Source of the DNA: a virus
Taxonomy: Duplodnaviria; Caudoviricetes
DNA length: 64,000 nt
IMG/VR virus record: IMGVR_UViG_3300042469_000933
Span: 466-64,465 of that record
Strand: one strand, 5' to 3'
This document shows, one piece after another, positions 26,801 through 35,800 of this stretch. Every line of letters starts with the position of its first letter. Positions within the stretch are counted from its first letter, which is position 1. The notes under the pieces were generated by a model. The model searched no databases. It had not been told where the DNA came from and worked only from the letters and a program-made list of their open reading frames with translations. The translations under genes were made by a program, and so were the position numbers.

Positions 26801-29800
26801 CATCACGGTCACCGAAGGGTGTGCCAGCGATACTCAACCGCTCTTCCTTGCGTGAGGACATGATATCCCGAACGAACAGATCATAGCCGATGCTAAACGC
26901 GTCACCTTGCGACAACTTGTTCGCATTCTTACCGGTCTCCTTTGTACGGGACGAGACCCCGGAGCCCAGGAACACGTTGCTGATACGCGCTGTGCTGTTG
27001 GATGGGTCAAGCAATGGAATGAGCGGAACCCCTTCTTTGCTGAGCAGAGCAGGGTCACGCTTGGCCAAATCCCTGGCCAGCATTTCCATGGCCTTGGATG
27101 AATGACTGTCCTGTGAAGCGCCTGGCAGCAGTTTGGAGAACGCTGTACCGAGGTTCGTAGCGTAGATGGTCTTTCCTGTGGCACCGACCATACGCTGCAT
27201 GTAGGACGCTCCTTTGGAACGGTTCTCCACTGTGGCCAGAGCGCGGTTCAGCGCGAAGAACATCGAAGGCATCGGGTACTCATCAACGCCGAAACCGTCT
27301 GAACGACGGTCTGCAATGTCACCTACGGTCTCTTCCCCAACACCTCCGTACGAATCATTGAAGGAAGCAATCGTTTTGTTGGAGAACAGCGAGCTGTCCT
27401 TCTTGCCGGTCTCCACACGATGAATACCCGCATGAATGGAGTAAGCCCACATACCAACGATGGAAGGCAACAAGGTCTTCTCTGCCCCTTCATTCGCTTT
27501 CAGCAAGTGGTCGATAGTGCGCGCGCTTACCGGGTAGCCGATCGCCTCAAAGAACTCTGCGAAGGCTTCCGGCTGCGTCTTGAACTCAGCACTGATCGAG
27601 AAGTTCAAACCCTTGCGGCGAACCAGCATGTTGCCGGCACCGTCCAGGACACCTTCCTCCGTGACCTTGAACTGTGGCGTCGCCTTATCCTTGGCAGAGC
27701 CCACGGCCCACTTGGAACGGAAGTCGTTGTCAAGACTGATCGAAGAAGGTCCGTTCGCAAAGAACGGGTCTCGCAACGATGTCTTCATGGTACTCAGCAC
27801 TTCACTGATCGCATCGAAGGTCAGGCGTTTGTGGTTGAACTTCGGCTGCGGCGCTTCACCGAACTGGTCAGTGCCTTCACCTTGGTAATGCTCCACCAGC
27901 CAACGGTTGCTTGCGGAGAGCTCTGCCAGCATACGCACCACGTTACCCAGCACACGCTCAGCTGCATCAATGCGAGCATCAATGTTCTCGAACTCCTTGG
28001 TGTTGGGTGTGTACTGGCTGAGCAGCCAACCGGCATTCGCCGTCATGTACGCGTAACTGCGAAGCTGGTTACCCTCTTGGTCCAGATAGAACCCATCGGG
28101 ATCCAGGTAACGCTTGTAGAACGTGTTGAGGTACATCGCCTCCTTGCTCTCCGGGTCCACAGCCATTGCCTTGCGAACAGATTCCGCCAAGGATTCAATG
28201 GTGGACACTTCCTGCGTGGGAATGGAGAACTGAGCAGCCTGTTGAACGAGGAACGTCATCAGCTCCAGGTCCACATCATACGGGTCACCAATGACACGGT
28301 TCTGGCCACCCGGCATGCGCTGGATCAGCGACATGGACTGCAGAGATAACCGGGACAGGTCGCTTTGACGCTTGAACGGATTCAGGTTCTCGTTCGTGTC
28401 GTGTGCGTTTGCCGTAGAGTTCTCAATGGCCTCCACGTCGATCTCCATGTTGGCTTCGTACTCTACCGCATCAGCAAGCTCTACTTGCGTGATGTCAGCA
28501 TTAGGCAGAGCCACACGGGTGATCATTTTGAACACCTGTGGGTCTCCTTTGTACCATGCCACGTAGTCGGACCACTGTGCATCGGTCATGGCCAGCACAT
28601 CCTGCTTAGTGGCATTGTCGAAGGACTTGACATTGCCTTCAGCGTCCGTCAGGGAGGCCACTACCCGTTGCCGGCGAGCAGCGAAGCCTTGGAGCACTTT
28701 AGTAGCTGCTTGTGACAGCGTAGGAAGACTACGACCAAATTCCGAATCAACCGGTGGAGCATAAAGCGATTCACCGATGATCTCGCGCACTGTGTCGTCC
28801 ACCACAGCCACCGCGGTCGCGTGTGAGCCGAAGATGTTGGACAGTACGTTCATGTCCTCATTCACCGAACGCTTTTTGCCGGTTGCATCTGGACGACGAG
28901 CTGGAGCAGGAGTTGATGGGTCGAAGCTGGCTGGCAACTCACCATCCTCACGAACAGAGTTGCGCACTACGGTCCGGCCACCCAAGTCATGGTCCTGTGC
29001 GCCACGGAACTCACCGTTCTCAATGCGGTACAGCAGCTCACCGATACGGTTGCTGTACATGCCCCAGCGTCCAAGCATGGCACGGAACCATTGCATGAAC
29101 CGACCGAAGAACGTAGACGTGTCGTATGAAGGTGATTCGTACTGCTCAGCGATGAACTCGTTGGCTTGTTCGTCCGTAACCTGCCAGTACGGAATGTTGT
29201 ACTTCTCAGCGTAAGCCCGTGAAGCCTCGTTAATGATGGACATCCGGCTCTGGTCGTCCAGCAACGTGTCCAGCACCCGGTGAACAGCTTCGTGTCGAGC
29301 CACACCCATCAGCACACGGCCCTTGGCATCCAAGTTCAGGGTGATGTACCCGTTCTCCATGACACCGTGGAGCGCGGTTCCGTCAACAGCCTGAAGGTTG
29401 GAACGGAAGTCCAGCTGATTGTCCACGAACCGATCACCGAACACCTTGCGATAGTAGTTCTGTGCGGCCTCTTGTGATTCGGTACGCGACGTGTCACCAG
29501 CAGATGCAGCACGACGACGAACTGGAGCACGATACGGAGCTGAACTTACTCCAGTGCCAATGACACCTGACGAGTTCGCGCCAATGGCAAACTCTGGAAG
29601 GTTCACACGGTCCGTTGACGGTATCAGGTCCCAGGTGTTGTCGATGATGCTCATGCCACCAGCGGAGCGGTTGCCGATCATCGCAGCCTTGGTAAGCATG
29701 ATCTCGCTATCACGTACCAGTTCTACGGCTTTGCGAAGGTCATTGGCCCACTTGAGCGGGGTCATGCCTTGTGCACGGGTGCCGCGAAGCATCTGCGGCT

Positions 29801-32800
29801 TTCCCTTCTCGTTGATGGTCAAGAACTCATTCAGGCCTTCAACGACAAATTGCCCATCCTTGATGAGCACACTGCGGTTCCACTGGATAAATCCGAATGC
29901 TTTCGTCTTCTCGATGTTGTCACGGTCAAATGACGGTACTGCAGCGATCTCATCCGTGACGTTATCCAGCTCACGAATCAGGTCCTGGTAATACTTGGAA
30001 TCAGCTTCCTTGGTCCGCATGAACACCTTCGTAGCAGGTGCTCCGTCCCAAGCAGAAACCTCCACAACAATTGCCGGCATCGACACCAGGTCTGTTCCCT
30101 CTTTGCGAGTCCATCCAGCGCCCTGTGGACTTCCGGCATGCGCCATCACAGGGTCGGTGACGAACAAGCCACGTCGCTCTACCAACTGAATGAAGGCTTC
30201 GTAATCGCCAACAGCTTCAGCCTCCACATTGTTACGAACGCCTTCGTACAGCTCACCGACTGGAATGTTGGAATACTTGGCGATTGTCTTACCCTCTTCC
30301 CATTCATTGGCGAATAGCTCTTCGGCAAAACGATCCATTTCCAGTTTGAATGGACTGTCCTGAGCCAAGGTGTTCATGAACAATGAACCCACCATGGTGT
30401 ACCCAGCGGCTTCAAGTTCTGCCTGGGTCATCTGGGGCATCTTGTTCTCCTTCAAGATCCTGTTGACCATGGCTGCACCGTTGGCTACATGAACCTCGAC
30501 ACCAGGAACCTTGGCAGCTCCATTGTCTCCGGTCCATTCACCCTCTACACGCTTGACTAACTTCATTGTGAAGCTTCCTGGATCTGACCAGATAGCCTTC
30601 ATTACGCCCATACGGATGACGAAGGCCTTGTTCGTGATAGAGAGCGCGGTTTCGTTGTTCGGGAACTTAGGCGTCCAGCGGAACGAAGCAGAAGAACTGA
30701 TGAACGCTGTTCCGGCGCTGTCGCTGCGTTTGGATACACGGGTTGGAACTCCTGCAGGAGCATCTTCAGGAATGGGGTTTTCACCTTCCTTGTCATCCAC
30801 TGGCTCTTCCTCGTTGTCGGTAGTAGGCTCTGCATCATTGGGGTCAGCCGTAGGAACCGGAGTGCCCTTGGCGTTCTTCAGGAAGCTGTTCTTGATACGC
30901 AGCTCGTCACCGTTCTGACGACGAACCTTGGTCACCTTGCCATCATCCTCCACCACGGTCAGATACTCACCGTAAAGATCCTGCATAGCCCGGCCTTGCT
31001 TGCTTTTCTTGAACTTGGAGTTCACCTGAACCATTGCACCTGGTGCGCGGCCTTTCTGTACGACCGGTGCATTCGGATCCGTTGGTGCCGTAGTGGGCGG
31101 GGCAGGCGCCGTTGGAGCGGTCGGCACAACGTCAGCTGGTACACGTGGTGCCAGGTCACGATGCACGGCAGACAGGTACCCGCGTACCCGTGACGAAATC
31201 TCGTTGAGGCTTTGACCGTCCGAAGGGATGGGCATGATCTTGTCCACCTCAGAGGACTGACCATTCGGAAGCAGTGCAACAGCACCGTTCTTACCACGGC
31301 TGATCGCTGTGTATAGGAAGCGTCCGAAAGCATTGTCGAAGCCAGCAGGGTCCAGCGCCACGAACGCTACGTTGGCTTCGAGACCAAGCACGCTGTGCTC
31401 GCCTCCGTCCATGGTCAGGATACGCGCTTCGTGTCCAGGTGTGAATGCGGAGATCTTGGCCATTGCCAGGATCGCTTCCTGACGCTGTGCCTCGTCCTTC
31501 ACAATGAGAATGGCGTCACCGCTGAACTCACTGTTGTTCACGCTCTCGGACAAGTGCGCTCCGAACGCATTGTAGATGGAAGAGATACCACCTCCGGACA
31601 TGTACCGTACACCGTGGTTGTTCTTGGTGTAGTGCGATGCCGGCAGGACGATAGAGTTCTGGGTGCCGCTGGCGATGTACGAACGCAGTGCATCAATGGA
31701 ACGCAACACCTCGGCGTTGTTGTGCCGGAAACTCACTTGAAGCGGCGCCGTACGCATGGATGCGCGCTGCACAGGGAACGTGTAAGACATGTTCCGGAGC
31801 GAAGGCACCTGAGCAGGGTCACCAAGCATCAAAGCCCCCGTCTCCGGGAGCTTCTCCATCATGCCCTTCATCTGAAGGACCGCATTGCCATCCATGACGT
31901 GCGCTTCGTCGTAGATGATGAGATCCAGGTCTTTGGGCGGATTGCTCATGTCCGTGATGTGTACAGGCTCGTGCGTGTACTCCTTGGTGGACATCACGAT
32001 AGCACTGGAGAGCTCCGTTACGTTCTTCGTACCGGGCGCTATGATACCCACACGAAGCTTCCGGCCCTTGATGTTGGCTACCGTGTTCACGATAGCAGGG
32101 ATCAGCATCTTCGTCTTGCCCACACCTGGCATGCCCGGGATAGTGATCGCACGAGGAATGATGATCGCTCCTTGAGCCAACGGAGCAACGATAGTCGTGA
32201 GCTTGTGGGTCAGGTCATGGTCCGGATTGCTCAGGAACGAACTGGCCTCGATCACACGCTGCTGCTGTTCTTCGTTTGGAGCGTAGCCCACAGTGGATGC
32301 TGCGGTACCGACGAACCGTGCGTAAGCGTCCAACACGGTCGCGTGACGGTTCCGGGACAAGCGGCTCACCCAGCCCACCATGTACTGAAACCCAGCCATA
32401 GCCTTCACGATGGAAGGCTTCTGTCCATCATCCAGAAACAGCTCTTCATTGAACCTTGCCGGAAACGAAGCATTGTCGATGGACTTCGTTTCGTAGTAGT
32501 TGGAGGCTGACTTCAGCTGACCGTTCAACAGGTCACCGTAGGTCTCCTTGATCAGCGCAATACCCGTCTCATCACCGGTGACTAAAAGCTCGCTCACCAT
32601 GTCCTCCGCACGGTTCACCAGCACCTCATAGTTGTCGTTTGGAATGGCGCCTGGAGTTGAAGCAAAAGCATCGAGCTCAGCTTGCATCAGCTTCACCGTT
32701 TCAATGAACTCCGGCTTGGTGGAGAGCTTGCCTGCCGTTCCAGCCAACTTCAGCAGCAGCGAACCACGGAGCATCAAGTCAACACGGCGGATCTGGTCCA

Positions 32801-35800
32801 GCTGCTCTTTCCGCTTGTTCACCATGCCTTCCATGCGCTCAAGCTGGCGCTCAAGATCGGCGATGATGTCAGTAAGCTCCTGATTAAACTGGTTCGCATC
32901 GATGGTAGCAGCAGGGTCATACACTTGTGACTTCTCCTGCTTGAACTGTGCAAATGCCGGTGGAACAGCATTGCCGGACTGTGCAGACCCGGCCTTCATC
33001 AGCTTCTCGTCACCGAAGAACTTCTCGGCCACCTGGTGCATGGTGGTGGAATAGTGCTTGAAGACCTCTTTGTTGGACTTGGCCAAGTTGATCAGCGAGG
33101 CCAGGGTCTGGATGTCAGCGATACTCGGCGTCTCGGTGAGCTTGAAGCGCTCAATAGCGCCACGGAATAAAGCGACCGAAGCGTTATCTCCGGTCGGGTG
33201 CGACTTCAAGAACTCAGCGAGCAGGTCTGCCTGACTACGCTTCCCTTCGAGTTCCGCTGCCGGCATGTACTGTTGAGCCACAGCATCACGTTCTGCCGGA
33301 GTCTTGCCGAACATGCTCATCTGGTCATTGAGGATCTGCAACTCACGGAACGCGATGCTCCGTTCGTCACTCTCAGGAAGAGCGTTGATACGCTGCGGGT
33401 TCAGGCCGGATGTGATCCACTGCTCAAACTCCAGCGCGCCGGAAGGGTCTTCTGCTGCATGTGCCTCATCAAACGAAGTATTGGGGCTCGTGTCGCTCAA
33501 CGCCTCCATCTTGGCCAGGTCTGCGATGAGCGCCTGCTTGGCATTGGCCAACGCAGTGTATCCCTCCTGAACTTCCTCACGGGTCATGGCGGCATTTCCA
33601 GGCTGTGCATTGAGCACCTTGTTTGTGACCTGACGATAGCCAATGATCGCATCCAGGATCTTGCTTGTCTTTGCCGTGGAGAGGTTGTCAATAGCATCGC
33701 TCAGCTCCGTGCCAATGCTCTGACGGAACAGATTTACTTCCTCGATACGCGCCTCACGTGCGGCTGTCCAGTCGGTGAATCGCTTGGTGATGACATCGAC
33801 CTGCTCTGAATTGGCAAAGCCTTCATCCTTTGCGTCAATGGAGTTTATCAGCATGGCCCGCTGCTTGAACCGATTCAGCAGCTCGGTGCCATCCAGAATC
33901 TTGGCAACAGCCTGTTTGTTGACCTCAAGACTTTTCTCCAACTCCGCTTTCTCAGCTTCACGCTGCTCTGCCGTCTGACCTTCAGCGAGCGGCTGCTCAT
34001 TCAAGTCAGCAAGCTGCTTGTTGATGCCCTCCATTTCCATCCGACGCTGAGCGTACTCCGTCACCATGTCCTGTTCTTGCAGGAGCAGGTTCAGAGTCTT
34101 GGGGTCAGCAACATTGAATTCGCGCATGATGCTTTCAGAGAGCCGAACATCTTGCGTCAGAACGTTCACATCGTCCTCGGTAAGTGTCCCGGCCTGCTGC
34201 ATGGTTGCAGCCCTGTCCAGGATCTCCTTGCCCTTGCCTTCTGCAACGGCGCCGGCAACACCCTTATCGTAAGGATTGGGACGGCTACGGCCGTTGTTCA
34301 GCATGGCCATTGGCATGGTGCCCACAAAGCCACCTACAGCACTTTCCAGCACACGTGCGCTGAAAGAGTAGTCCTCCGGCCGGCTTTTCTCAAATCGGTT
34401 CTCGTTGGTCATCCAGTCGGTCGCCCACTCAAGCAAAGCATACCCGCCCTCTTCAAAGCCCTCCTGCTTGCCTTCAGTGTACATGGCCTCCAGACTGTTC
34501 TTTGCCCAGCCACCGAAACGACCTGCTGGCTCCTTGGCCCACCACTTAGCGAGATTTGAGTTAATCATCAGCGCCTTGTTCAAGGGGCTCATACGCTCTG
34601 GGATCTTCCGGCTCAACCACTCACTGATCTTGTCACGGGTCACGTTGGCACCACCCTTGTCCATGTAGGACCGGATCATCCATTGACGACCGATCGCCAT
34701 TTCAGCAATACCCATGATGGGCAGCGCCACAATGGCCTGGACCTTCGCCTGGTCGTGGCTGTATCCGACATCGCGTGCGGACTGATACACGATCTGACCC
34801 ATCGTGAGCGACGGAATGGAAGCAGAGCCAACGGCAACCGTGCGCTGGCCAAGCGAACTCAGCTGAGGCGTCATGCCATTGATAATACCACGAGTCACCA
34901 AGGACTTGGCACCGGTCTTCAAGAGCGCCTGAGCAAGCAGGGTAGCGCCGGCCTTTTGCGGAAGCAGGAATCCGGTCATGTCGCCGAACAACGTTCCAAG
35001 ACCTTCTGCACTTCCGAACATGCCATGAGCCTCTACGTTCTCACTGGGATTGAACGTGCTGGCATCCTGATAGATCTTGAACCGGTCTGCGTAACGCTCA
35101 AGGAATCCACGACCTGTGTTGCCTTGATGAGCATTGTACATTTCAAGGGCCAGACGGGACTTCACGTCACCTTGCTTTGCGGCCGCCTTGTAGCCCTCCA
35201 AATTGTTGTGCACATCCTGCACCATTGCATTGATGCGCTCCTGAGTAGGGCCAGGACCGCGTGCACCAAGGGTGATTGCTCCACGCTCAAGATCCGGAAC
35301 GGCTCCATCGGTCCAGTCACCACCAAGGTGACGCTCAACGTCAGCAGCAGTAGAAAGTCCGGTGTTTTCCAAATTGTGGTAAGCCTTGGCCCAAAAAGCC
35401 ACATCGCTGGTTTGTTTCTCACCCAGTGCGGCCTTGGCGGCATTAGCCCAGAACACCACTCCGTTGTAGGTCGCATACAGAGCAGCCTGAGCTGCGTTGC
35501 GGTTCAATGGCTGCGGACCGTTACCGCCCAGCATTTCCATCCCGTAGCCGGGACTGTTACGTGGTATGGCCTGAAGGCCGGGCACTTCAAGCAGGTCACC
35601 ATCTGGACCGGTGGTCGTGACCGGAACGACAGCAAAGCGCCTGGTGTTGTGGAAGAAGCTTGGAATGTGCTCAGACTTCAGCGGTTGGCGTTTGCCAAAC
35701 TCATCAATGAAGAACGGCATAGAAGCGGCCATTTCCTGGCGCGACTTCCCGTCAGCGGCCATGCGCTCACCGTCAATAGACTTGTACTCGTAAGGGTTGA

